Source of the DNA: Isosphaeraceae bacterium
GTDB taxonomy: Bacteria; Planctomycetota; Planctomycetia; Isosphaerales; Isosphaeraceae
DNA: 24,000 nt
Assembly: GCA_026004735.1 (NCBI GenBank)
Contig: BPJS01000001.1
Coordinates: 2,529,641 to 2,553,640, forward strand
Direction: 5' to 3'
Part shown: positions 8,984 to 17,734 of the stretch, in pieces
Layout of the letters: every line of letters begins with the position of its first letter
How positions within the stretch are numbered: position 1 is the stretch's first letter
Notes under the pieces: generated by a model
Databases searched by the model: none
The model's input: the letters and a program-made list of their open reading frames with translations, nothing else
What the model was told of the DNA's origin: nothing
Position numbers and translations under genes: made by a program

Positions 8984-10042
8984 GTGACGTTCGGCCGGAA
9001 GAAGCGACTGACCGACTACGCCAACTGCGCCGGCTGAGCGGGCAAGTTATCCCCGGGGGGGATCGCGCAGGTTCTGCGCGAGTTGCCGAGTCGGGCGGAT
9101 GACCCCAACGTGCTGGTCGCTATGGAGACGGCCGACGACGCGGGGGTCTACCGTCTCGATGCGCGCACCGCGCTGGTGCAGACGGTGGACTTTTTCCCGC
9201 CCCTGGTCGATGACCCGGAGACGTATGGGCGGATCGCCGCGGCTAACGCCCTTTCGGACGTTTACGCGATGAACGGGCGTCCGCTGACGGCGCTGAACAT
9301 CGTGGGATTCCCGGACGATGAGCTCGATCTGGGTGTGCTTGCGGCTATTCTCCGCGGCGGAGCCGAGCGGGTGGCCGCGGCGGGCGCGGCGCTGATCGGC
9401 GGCCATTCGGTCCGCGACGCGGAGATTAAGTACGGTTTGAGCGTGACGGGACTGGTGGACCCGGCGGACTTGTTGACCAATGCGACGGCTCAGATGGGCG
9501 ATGCGTTGGTGCTGACCAAGCCGCTGGGGACAGGGTTTGTGACGACAGCGAATAAGAAGGGGGCGTGCCCGCCGGAGGTGCTGGAGGCGGCGGTGGCCTC
9601 GATGGTGCAGTTGAACGCGATCGGTCGGGACGCGCTGCGCGAGGCTGGCGGGGCGCACGCGCTGACTGATGTGACCGGATTCGGCCTGGCCGGACACGCC
9701 AGCGAGATGGCCGAGGCGTCGCGACTGACGATCGAACTGGACACACGCGCGTTGCCGCGGATTGCCGGCTCGGAGCCGCTGGCGGTGCCGAAGTTTTACA
9801 CGCGGGCGAGTCGGGGAAACCGGGAGTTTCTGGACGGACGGATCGAGATCACGGCCGGCGCGGATCCATTGGGGGTCGAGTATGCCTTCGACGCGCAAAC
9901 CTCCGGCGGGCTGCTCATCGCCGTGGATCCGGCGCATGTCGATCGGTTGATCGATGCCTTGCGTCGCCGGGGCGCGCTGGCGGCGGAGGTGGTGGGGCGG
10001 GTGGTGGCGCGTCGGGGTGCGGTGGCGATCGTGCTCAACTGA
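8984..10042 (+). CDS. selD: Selenide, water dikinase, selenocysteine-containing; in-frame UGA (Sec) at 9035-9037
   Basis: GTG8984 start translates to [59 protein letters not shown]..., in the same frame as the tracked ORF 9083-10042. CAGUAxKLxP is the SelD active-site signature with Sec. Also contains TVDFFPPLVDDPETYGRIAAANALSDVYAMNGRPLTALNIVGFP, GHSV and TDVTGFGLAGHASEMAEAS. An in-frame TGA at 8978 limits the start to GTG8984. Terminates at TGA 10040-10042. Confidence 0.96.
9063..9081 (+). promoter_or_regulatory. Bacterial SECIS element candidate of selD
   Basis: UCGCGCAG (9063-9070), loop GUU (9071-9073), CUGCGCGA (9074-9081): perfect 8-bp stem. Apical loop begins 33 nt after the UGA and starts with GU. 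Confidence 0.8.
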
Positions 10043-10103
10043 ATGTGCCAGGCCGGGCGGTCCGGCGGCCGGTGATGGCCGGAGCAGCGAGGGGTGATTC
10101 CCT

Positions 10104-11105
10104 TCAGATTTCCAGCGAGGACGGGGCTGGGGCCGGGTGGCGGGACGGGTCGCAGCGCTCGGCGATGACGTCGGCGAGGATCTGGTCGAGCGAGCGGCTG
10201 GGCTGGTAGCCGATCAGTTGCCGGATTTTGGTCAGGTCGGGCACGCGGCGAAGCATATCTTCAAAGCCAGCAGTGTAGGCTTCGCTGTACGGGACCAGAC
10301 GAATCGGGCTGATCCCGCCGGTCAGGGAGCGGACGCGGTGGGCCAGTTCGAGGATGGAGACCTCCTCGCTGTTGCCGACGTTGAAGACCTGGCCGCGGCT
10401 GTGGGGGTGGTCCATGAGAGCGACCAGGGCCGAGACGACGTCGGCGACGTGGGCGAAGCAGCGGGTCTGGTGTCCGTCGCCGTAGACCGTGATGGGCTGG
10501 CCGGCCAATCCCTGTTCGACGAACCGGGGGATGACCATGCCGTAGCGGCCGGTCTGGCGAGGACCGACGGTGTTGAAGAGCCGGGCGACGATGACCGGCA
10601 GGCGGGATTCGTGCCAGTGGGCCAGAGCCAAAAATTCGTCGAGCGCCTTGGCGCAGGCGTAGGCCCAGCGGCGGGTGGTGGTCGGCCCGATCAGGGTATC
10701 GTCGGTCTCGACGAAGGGGACTTTGGTGCTCTTGCCGTAGACCTCGCTGGTGGAGGTCAGGAGGATCGGGCGGCGGTAGCGTGCGCAGGCGCGGAGGACG
10801 ACGTCGGTTCCGTTGACGATCGTCTCGATGGTTCGGACTGGCTGATCGACGACCAGGCGGACGCCGACCGCGCTGGCAAGGTGGAAGACGGCCTGGCACT
10901 CGGCGACGCAGCGATCGACGGTGGCTGGCTCCGTGACACTGGCGACGAGGATGGCGAACCCGGCCCGGCCTTCGAGGTGGGCGACGTTTTCGAATCGGCC
11001 GGTGCTGAGGTCGTCGAGCAGGAGGACGGCGTGGCCGTCATCGAGCAAGCGTTCGGCCAGATGGCTGCCGATAAAACCACAGCCGCCGGTGATCAGGTAG
11101 CGCAT
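10104..11105 (-). CDS. NAD-dependent epimerase/dehydratase (nucleotide-sugar, SDR family)
   Basis: MRYLITGGCGFIGSHLAERLLDDGHAVLLLDDLSTG; LTSTSEVYGKSTKVPF; WAYACAKALDE; RLFNTVGPRQTGRYGMVIPRFV. Start refined to the ATG at 11105 instead of the upstream-extended 11279. Confidence 0.93.
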   Translation of the reverse strand: MRYLITGGCGFIGSHLAERLLDDGHAVLLLDDLSTGRFENVAHLEGRAGFAILVASVTEPATVDRCVAECQAVFHLASAVGVRLVVDQPVRTIETIVNGTDVVLRACARYRRPILLTSTSEVYGKSTKVPFVETDDTLIGPTTTRRWAYACAKALDEFLALAHWHESRLPVIVARLFNTVGPRQTGRYGMVIPRFVEQGLAGQPITVYGDGHQTRCFAHVADVVSALVALMDHPHSRGQVFNVGNSEEVSILELAHRVRSLTGGISPIRLVPYSEAYTAGFEDMLRRVPDLTKIRQLIGYQPSRSLDQILADVIAERCDPSRHPAPAPSSLEI

Positions 11106-11303
11106 GGGGAGAGATGGCGATTCGAGCGTCGGGCCAGACCTGCCGAAAGACCGAAGGGGTGCGGGCCGCGGTTTTGATCGTAACGGTGGCGTGGCGGCCG
11201 CGGGAACCATCCAGGCCCAGCGTGGCGGCCGACGCTCAGCCTTGTCCGCGCCGCCGAGGCAGATCCGGATCGACCCCACAGAGACGAAGAACGGTCTGGG
11301 AGA

Positions 11304-11903
11304 TCAGGGATCGAGCGCGACGTTCCAGTAGGCTTCGCTGAGGAACTTCGACCAACTGGCGATGCGAATCCCGTTGGAGGCGTAGAGTGGCTTCCAGCTC
11401 GGCCGGAACGGGCGGCGGAGGAGTTTCATGCCGGCTTGCTCGGGGGTGCGGTTGGCTTTGCGGGCGTTGCAGGGGACGCAGGCCAAGACGCAGTTGTCCC
11501 AGCGCGAGCTGCCTCCCTGGGAGCGGGGGATGACGTGGTCGATGGTCAGTTCCTGGCTGCCGGGACGGGCGCCGCAGTATTGGCAGGTGGCGTGGTCGCG
11601 TTTGAAGATGTTGCGGCGGCTGAAGGTGACGGTGGTCTCGCGGGGGCGGTCGTAACGAGTCAGGGCGAGGACTTCGGGAACGCGGAGGCGGAAGGTGACG
11701 GCCTGGAGGAACGGCTCGCCCTCGCGGGGACGGAGCTTGGCCCAGTCGGACCAGGTGTAGAGGCGGAAGTCGTCAGGGTCGACGACGCGGGCCGACTCGT
11801 TCCAGAGCATGACCAGCGAGCGGGCCACGGAGGCGACGTTGACCGGCTGCCAGTTGCGGTTCAGGATCAGGGTGGGGCGTTCCAGGACGGATGCGGCGGA
11901 CAT
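11304..11903 (-). CDS. HNH endonuclease family protein
   Basis: CQYCGARPGSQELTIDHVIPRSQGGSSRWDNCVLACVPCNARKANRTPEQAGM (HNH with CxxC pairs). Start refined to MSAASVLERPTLILNRNWQPVNV; the tracked ORF from 12677 overlaps cinA and is spurious at its 5' end. Confidence 0.92.
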   Translation of the reverse strand: MSAASVLERPTLILNRNWQPVNVASVARSLVMLWNESARVVDPDDFRLYTWSDWAKLRPREGEPFLQAVTFRLRVPEVLALTRYDRPRETTVTFSRRNIFKRDHATCQYCGARPGSQELTIDHVIPRSQGGSSRWDNCVLACVPCNARKANRTPEQAGMKLLRRPFRPSWKPLYASNGIRIASWSKFLSEAYWNVALDP

Positions 11904-12089
11904 CGCGGCGGGGTCTCCCCGTGGCGGTCTCGGACGGGCCATCCGTGAGGCGTTATCATTAGAACACAAGAAGAGCGGGTTTGGGAAAGCCCCCAAGGTA
12001 GGGGGCCGGGCCGCCTTCATGCAAACTTCGCGCAAGCGGGTTGGTCCGGGGGGAGCCACGAAGGGCTGACTGGGGATGGACCGGGCGAC

Positions 12090-13409
12090 GTGCCCGACCA
12101 GGTGGCCAGGCGAAAGGTTCGGGGGAGGGTCTGCCCGGTGGATGCGGAGGTGATTGCGGTCGGGAGCGAGCTGACCAGCGGACAAAAGCTGGATACGAAC
12201 ACGCAGTGGTTGAGTCGGCGGTTGGGCGAGCTGGGGGTTCGGGTTCGGTATCAGACGACGGTGGCCGATGAGTTGATGGACCAGGTGGAGATTTTGCGGG
12301 CTGCGGCGGCGCGGGCGCAATTGGTGGTGATTGGGGGTGGGCTGGGACCGACCCAGGACGATCTGACGCGGGAGGCATTGGGGATCGTGGCGGGTGTGGC
12401 GTTGGTGGAGGACGCGGGCTGTCGGCGAGATCTGGAGGCGTTTTTTTCGCGGCGGAATCGGCCGATGCCGGTGCGGAATCGGGTTCAGGCGTTGATTCCG
12501 GAAGGAGCCGAGCCGTTGCCGAACCGGGTCGGGACCGCGCCGGGGATCTGGTTGGAGCATGGGGGGACGATCTTTGTGGCGCTGCCGGGGGTGCCGGGCG
12601 AGCTGATGATTCTGTTTGACGAGCAGGTGGCGCCGCGGCTGCGTGCGACGGGGCGGCTTGGGCCCGTCCGGGTCCACCGGGTGATCAACCTGTTCGGAAA
12701 GGGGGAGTCGGAATTGGAGGCCGAGGCGCTCGACCTGACGGTTCGGGGCCGCCAGCCCGAGGTGGGGATCACAGCTAGCGATGCGACCATTAGTTTTCGG
12801 GTGACCGGAGAGGGGCCGACCGAGGCGGAGGCGCTGGCGGCGATCGAGCCGACGGTGCGGCTGATTTACGAGCGGTTTGGCGAGTGGATCGTGGGCGAGG
12901 GGCCGGTGGACGTGGCCGAGGCGTTGGCGCTGGAGCTCGCGCGGACCGGCGCGCGGCTAGCGGTCGCCGAAAGCTGTACCGGGGGACTGATTGCCAAGCG
13001 GATCACGGACGTCGCGGGGGTCAGTCCGTACTTCATGGGAGGGGTCGTCTCCTACGCGAATGCGCTGAAGGTGAGTCTGGCCGGCGTAGACCCGAAGCTG
13101 ATCGAACACCATGGTGCGGTCAGTGGCGAGGTGGCCGAGGCTATGGCCGCCGGCATCCGCCGGGTGGCGGGTGCGGATCTGGGGCTGTCGGTCACGGGAA
13201 TCGCCGGACCGGGGGGAGGAACGCCCGAGAAGCCGGTGGGATTGGTGTATTTGGGCCTGGCGTGGGGGGGAGGTGTGGAGCATCGCCGGCTGCTGCTCGG
13301 TTCGGAACAGCCGCGGGCGGTAATCCGAAGTCGGGCGGCCAAGCATGCGATGAACTGGGTGCGGCAGAGGCTGAGGGACTGGCCGTCACGGGACGAGCCG
13401 TCCGAGTGA
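12090..13409 (+). CDS. cinA: CinA family protein (MoCF-like domain plus C-terminal nicotinamide-nucleotide amidohydrolase domain); start may be GTG at 12138
   Basis: VDAEVIAVGSELTSGQKLDTNTQWLSRRLGELGV; VIGGGLGPTQDDLTREAL; LAVAESCTGGLIAKRITDVAGVSPYFMGGVVSYANALKVSLAGV; SVTGIAGPGGGTPEKPVGLVY. Confidence 0.95.
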   Translation: MPDQVARRKVRGRVCPVDAEVIAVGSELTSGQKLDTNTQWLSRRLGELGVRVRYQTTVADELMDQVEILRAAAARAQLVVIGGGLGPTQDDLTREALGIVAGVALVEDAGCRRDLEAFFSRRNRPMPVRNRVQALIPEGAEPLPNRVGTAPGIWLEHGGTIFVALPGVPGELMILFDEQVAPRLRATGRLGPVRVHRVINLFGKGESELEAEALDLTVRGRQPEVGITASDATISFRVTGEGPTEAEALAAIEPTVRLIYERFGEWIVGEGPVDVAEALALELARTGARLAVAESCTGGLIAKRITDVAGVSPYFMGGVVSYANALKVSLAGVDPKLIEHHGAVSGEVAEAMAAGIRRVAGADLGLSVTGIAGPGGGTPEKPVGLVYLGLAWGGGVEHRRLLLGSEQPRAVIRSRAAKHAMNWVRQRLRDWPSRDEPSE

Positions 13410-13552
13410 CCCAGTCGGTCGGAGGAACAGCGGGGATCAGCGAACGATCGCAGGGTCGGCGACGCAGGCGGCCGGGTGCGTTGTGGAGGTTGCGCGAACC
13501 GGGGAGGCGGCGGCGGTTGGCGGATTGCCGACTGGAGACGGTCGAGAGCCAG

Positions 13553-14302
13553 TCAGGGAGTCTGCTCCCAGAGCCGTCGCGCTTCGGGATGGTGGTCGCG
13601 GAGCCACGCGGTGGCGGCGTCGAGCCACGAACGGCGCAGGTTGGAGCGTGGGGGGGCGTCCAGGGCGTGGAGCAGGATCGTGGCGAGTTGGGCATGATCG
13701 CCGTGGCTCTCGGCTTGGAGAGTCGCGCGGGCTTGAGGATCGTCACGGCCGGCTGCCCGAGCGTAGGCGGCCCAGAGGGCCAGGATCGGGTCATTGGAGC
13801 CGCTCAGTTCGTCGAGGGGGGCTTTGGGGAGGGGATGGGAATCGGCGCCGTAGGCCAGCGGGCGGATCAGGAGGACACGGAGCCAGGCAGGCCAGCCTTG
13901 GCTGCGTGCCACGGCCAGTGCGTAACCGTTGGGATCGGCGGCGATGGCCTCATCGGTGAGGGCCTCGGCAAGCAGGTAGCGGGCTTGGTCGGGTGGGACC
14001 CGGCTGAGCGCCAGATCCCAGAGCTGGCGGGGAGTGACCGCGGGATTGGTCGCGAGGCGCTGGGCCGCAGCGATTCGTTCGGCAACGGGTCGCGCTGGAT
14101 CATTTAGGACGTAGATCGCTTCCCAGACGTTGCGCAGGCCCCAGACGCTCCAGGAAAACCAGGCGATCAGGCCGGTCAGGACGAACAGGCCGGCGAGGCT
14201 GAGCACGAACAGAGCGCCGTAGCGGTCAGCGATCGAACGACGGGGCGCTGACGGAGGCGATGGCGCGCTGGGCAGGATCGGCAGCTCGGGGTAGCGAGTC
14301 AT
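13553..14302 (-). CDS. Hypothetical protein with a single N-terminal TM segment
   Basis: MTRYPELPILPS...ALFVLSLAGLFVLTGLIAWFSWSVW, then a helical soluble region. Start chosen at the ATG at 14302. Confidence 0.6.
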   Translation of the reverse strand: MTRYPELPILPSAPSPPSAPRRSIADRYGALFVLSLAGLFVLTGLIAWFSWSVWGLRNVWEAIYVLNDPARPVAERIAAAQRLATNPAVTPRQLWDLALSRVPPDQARYLLAEALTDEAIAADPNGYALAVARSQGWPAWLRVLLIRPLAYGADSHPLPKAPLDELSGSNDPILALWAAYARAAGRDDPQARATLQAESHGDHAQLATILLHALDAPPRSNLRRSWLDAATAWLRDHHPEARRLWEQTP

Positions 14303-14420
14303 CGCGGAGGGTCCGTGGTCGATCGTAGGAGGGCCGATCATGGCGTGACAGTGGTCGTCCCGCCCGTTATGGTAATCGGATCCGCTCGCAACGGACGCGG
14401 GCCTTGCGGTCACGAGGGGC

Positions 14421-15347
14421 GTGGCGATGTTCAATCTGGGCTACTACAAGGCTCTGCCGACGGAATTCGTCCAGAAATACGCGGGCGGCCGGCTCGCCCG
14501 CGAAGGGCATGGACTGGCGTTTTTCTACCTCAAGTTTCGGACTCAGATCGTCGCTGTACCCACCAGCAGCATCGACTCCAACTTCGTGTTCCAGGAGGTG
14601 ACCAGCAATTTCCAAGCGGTGACGATCCAGGGCCAGTTCACCTACCGCATCGCCGAGCCCAAGCGGACAGCGACCCTGCTCAACTTCTCGATCGACCCAC
14701 GCACCCGGGCTTACCTCTCCAACGACCCCGAGCGGCTCCCGCAACGCATCACCAACATCGTCCAGATGGAGACCCGCAGCGCGATCCAGGGCCGCTCGCT
14801 CGAGGAGGTGCTCGGCCAGTTCGAGGCGATCGCCGCCGCCGTGCAGGGGCGAATCCAGCAGTCGCGCCTTCTCGAGCCGCTGGGCGTCGAGCTGATGAGT
14901 CTCTTTTTCACATCTGCCCGACCTACTCCCGAGGTCGCCAAGGCGCTTGAGGCCGGTTATCGCGAGCAACTGCTGAGGCGGGCCGACGAGGCAATGGCCG
15001 CACGCCGTGCCGCAGCCATCGAGGACGAGAAGACGATCAAGCAGCGCGAGCTGGAGACGGAGATCTCGCTCGAAGAACAGCGGAAAGGCCTGATCGACCT
15101 CCAGGGGCAGAACGCGTTGCAGGAGGCCGAGGCCCGCGGCAAAGCCGCTGAGGTCGAGGGCCAGTACCGGGCCCGGGCGCGCGAGGTGGAGCTGGCCGTC
15201 TACCAGACGATCGAGCCCCGCAAGCTCCTGGCCCTTGCCCTGCACGAGATGGGCGAGAACGCCGGGCGTGTCGGCACCCTGACAATCACCAGCGAGATCG
15301 TCTCGTCGCTGCTCCAGGGGCAGTCGGCCGAGCGGGACGGTGCGTGA
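14421..15347 (+). CDS. SPFH/Band 7 domain protein
   Basis: LAFFYLKFRTQIVAVPTSSIDSNFVFQEVTSNFQAVTIQGQFTYRI; long charged coiled-coil region after VELMSLFFTSARPTPEVAKALEAGYREQLLRRADEA. Confidence 0.85.
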   Translation: MAMFNLGYYKALPTEFVQKYAGGRLAREGHGLAFFYLKFRTQIVAVPTSSIDSNFVFQEVTSNFQAVTIQGQFTYRIAEPKRTATLLNFSIDPRTRAYLSNDPERLPQRITNIVQMETRSAIQGRSLEEVLGQFEAIAAAVQGRIQQSRLLEPLGVELMSLFFTSARPTPEVAKALEAGYREQLLRRADEAMAARRAAAIEDEKTIKQRELETEISLEEQRKGLIDLQGQNALQEAEARGKAAEVEGQYRARAREVELAVYQTIEPRKLLALALHEMGENAGRVGTLTITSEIVSSLLQGQSAERDGA

Positions 15348-16375
15348 TGGCATCGGGTCCGAAGCTGGTTCTCGTCACACGCAAGACGGCGCTCGAAGAA
15401 CTCCTCGAGCGGCACACCACGGTCAGCCGCGCGCGATTCGCGATCGAGCAGGCCGGCGGGGAATTCGAGCCGTATCAGGCAGCCCACGACACGTATCACG
15501 CCGCGCTCGACCGGATCCGGGCAAGCCTGCCGCGCGAGCAGCGTGTCCAGCAGGTCGACCGCTCGTTCCTGCCCAACTTCCTCTTCGGCGACGACGACAT
15601 CGTGATGGTCGTCGGCCAGGACGGCCTGGTCGTCAACGCCGCCAAGTACCTGAGATCGCAGCCGGTGATTGCCGTGAACCCGGACCCGAGCCGGATCGAC
15701 GGCGTCCTTCTGCCTTTCTCGGTCGGCACGGCGCGACTGGGCCTGGCCCGCGTGCTGGCCGGCACGGCGACCTGCGAGCATGTGACGATGGCCGAGGCAC
15801 GGCTCAACGATGGTCAGTCGATCCTGGCCGTCAACGACCTGTTCGTCGGGGCCAGGACGCACATCTCCGCACGCTATCGGATCGGGTACCGTGGCGCGTC
15901 CGAGGACCAGTCTTCGAGCGGCATCCTGGTCTCGACCGGGGCGGGATCGACTGGCTGGCTGCGGTCGGTTTACACGGCCGTCGCAGAGATCGCCGCCGCA
16001 CTCGGGTGCCGCGAGGCCGAGCGGCTGCGAGAGGAGTATCGCTTCGACCGCCAGGCGCGCGAACTGGTGTTCGCCGTGCGCGAGCCGTTCGTGAGCCGGA
16101 CCTCCCAGGCCTCGATCGTCTTTGGCCGGATCGGCGAAGACGAAACTCTCACCGTCGAGTCGAAGATGCCCGGCCACGGCGTGATCTTTGGCGACGGCGT
16201 GGAGGAAGACTACCTCGAGTTCAATAGCGGGGCGATCGCCACGATTGGCGTCGCGGCGCGCACGCTGCGTCTCGTCTGTTCGAGCGAAGTGCTACCCGTC
16301 CGAGACGACGAGTCACACCGATCAACCAAGCCTGCGGCCATGCCAGTCCAGGCTCTTACGGACGAGCGCCGATAA
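15347..16375 (+). CDS. NAD kinase-like (ATP-NAD kinase fold) protein
   Basis: VVGQDGLVVNAAKYL at the GGDG-motif position; ILAVNDLFVGAR at the NE/D position; SSGILVSTGAGSTGWLRSV matches the NADK STGAGSTG-type motif. Start overlaps the stop of the SPFH gene. Confidence 0.75.
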   Translation: MASGPKLVLVTRKTALEELLERHTTVSRARFAIEQAGGEFEPYQAAHDTYHAALDRIRASLPREQRVQQVDRSFLPNFLFGDDDIVMVVGQDGLVVNAAKYLRSQPVIAVNPDPSRIDGVLLPFSVGTARLGLARVLAGTATCEHVTMAEARLNDGQSILAVNDLFVGARTHISARYRIGYRGASEDQSSSGILVSTGAGSTGWLRSVYTAVAEIAAALGCREAERLREEYRFDRQARELVFAVREPFVSRTSQASIVFGRIGEDETLTVESKMPGHGVIFGDGVEEDYLEFNSGAIATIGVAARTLRLVCSSEVLPVRDDESHRSTKPAAMPVQALTDERR

Positions 16376-16522
16376 CGCTATCCGCGGGCGGGCCAGGCTC
16401 CCATCCTTCCCACATTCGCTACGGCCGGCGTAACCTGTCTCAACCGCTTTCGAAATTCGCTCCAGCGGCCCTCCGCGGCGGCTGGGGCAGTTGGCCTGTT
16501 CCACCCTCTCCGAAGCCGCCCC

Positions 16523-17734
16523 ATGAAGCTCCGCTGCCGGCCCGAGGATTTTGTGGTGGAGGAGCTGCCGAGCGTCACGCCCTTGGAGCGTGGGCCATTT
16601 ACTCTGTACCGTCTGACTAAGACGGGACTGGGAACGCTGGAAGCAGTGGAGGCGATCCGGCGGCGGTGGCAGCTCGAAGGCTCGCGGATCTCGTACGGGG
16701 GACTGAAGGATCGCCACGCGATCACGACCCAGTGGCTGTCGATCCGGGGCGGACCGTGGCGATCGCTGCATCAGACCCACCTGAGTCTGGAGCCGGTCGG
16801 CTATCTGGATCGGCCCTATACGCCAGCCCAGTTTCGGGGAAACCGGTTCGAGATCGTCGTGCGAGATCTAACCGACGAGGCGTTGGGCCGGGCGGAGGCC
16901 GCACTGGCCGACCTACGGACGACGGGGCTGGCGAATTACTTCGATGATCAGCGGTTTGGGTCGGTCGGCTCGAGCGGTCAGTTCCTGGCAGAGGCTTGGT
17001 TGAAGGGGGACTACGAGCGGGCGTTATGGCTGGCCCTGGCCGAGCCTAACCCGCACGACCGACCGGGAACTCGCCAGGAAAAGGAGACGTTGCGGAGCTT
17101 GTGGGGCCGATGGGCCGAGGCGAAGCAACACTTGCCGCGCAGCCACAGCCGAAGTCTGGTGACGTATCTGGCCGATCATCCGACCGATTATCGGGGGGCG
17201 TTTGCCCGCATGAATCGCAACCTGCGGACGCTCTACTTTTCGGCGTATCAGAGCTTTCTCTGGAATCGGGTGCTGGGTCGCTGGATCGAAGCCAACACCC
17301 GCCCAGAGCAACGAATCCCAATCCGCTTGCGCATCGGCGAGCTGCCGATTCCCGTTGGTCTGGCGGCGGAGGAGCGGCAGCGGCTGGACGTGGCGATCCC
17401 GCTGCCAGCGTCGCGGTCGGCACTGCCGGGGCCGCCACTGGGACCGATCTGTGAACAGGTCATCGCCGAGCAGGGACTGGTGTGGAGTGGACTCCGCATC
17501 AAATATCTCAAGGATATTTTTTTCTCGAAGGGAAACCGGCCGGCCTTGTTCGACCCGGAAGGCTTGAGCTGGCAGGTTGGGCCGGATGAACTGAATCGAC
17601 GGCGCAAGGCGTTGACGTTCCGGTGCGTCCTGCCCAAAGGGGCGTATGCGACGATTCTGGTTAAGCGGCTGACGGCGGGCGAGCCGGATGCAATCGAGAA
17701 TCGAGCGGAGTGGACCGAGGCCGATGAAACCTGA
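16523..17734 (+). CDS. truD: tRNA pseudouridine(13) synthase TruD family protein
   Basis: RPEDFVVEELP; YGGLKDRHAITTQWLSI; FRGNRFEIVVRDL; LANYFDDQRFGSVGSSGQFLAEAWLKGDYERAL; FSAYQSFLWNRVLGRWI. Confidence 0.92.
   Translation: MKLRCRPEDFVVEELPSVTPLERGPFTLYRLTKTGLGTLEAVEAIRRRWQLEGSRISYGGLKDRHAITTQWLSIRGGPWRSLHQTHLSLEPVGYLDRPYTPAQFRGNRFEIVVRDLTDEALGRAEAALADLRTTGLANYFDDQRFGSVGSSGQFLAEAWLKGDYERALWLALAEPNPHDRPGTRQEKETLRSLWGRWAEAKQHLPRSHSRSLVTYLADHPTDYRGAFARMNRNLRTLYFSAYQSFLWNRVLGRWIEANTRPEQRIPIRLRIGELPIPVGLAAEERQRLDVAIPLPASRSALPGPPLGPICEQVIAEQGLVWSGLRIKYLKDIFFSKGNRPALFDPEGLSWQVGPDELNRRRKALTFRCVLPKGAYATILVKRLTAGEPDAIENRAEWTEADET

Noticed and set aside
9047-9937. 296-aa antisense ORF opposite selD
   Set aside because: Antisense shadow ORF of a high-GC coding gene; low-complexity R/Q/H-rich translation; the sense strand has unambiguous SelD motifs.
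9083-10042. Tracked ORF start TTG9083 as the real selD start
   Set aside because: It would remove the conserved CAG(U/C)AxK catalytic motif. The same frame extends through UGA 9035-9037 to GTG8984 with full SelD similarity.
10040-10075. Hairpin-like GC-rich sequence (GCCGG-GCGGT-CCGGC) after the selD stop UGA, considered as a second Sec readthrough
   Set aside because: The stem is short, the loop does not start with GU, and SelD is already full length at this stop. It reads as a normal termination codon.
10137-11177. 346-aa + strand ORF opposite the epimerase gene
   Set aside because: Shadow frame; the opposite strand has clear NAD-dependent epimerase motifs.
11904-12677. N-terminal ~258 residues of the tracked 457-aa HNH ORF
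   Set aside because: Overlaps cinA antisense, is P/R/H-rich and unlike a domain; HNH family proteins begin near MSAASVLERPTLILNRNWQPVNV.
12884-14107. 407-aa + strand ORF spanning the end of cinA and the hypothetical gene
   Set aside because: G/R-rich translation in an alternate frame; overlaps two better-supported genes on both strands.
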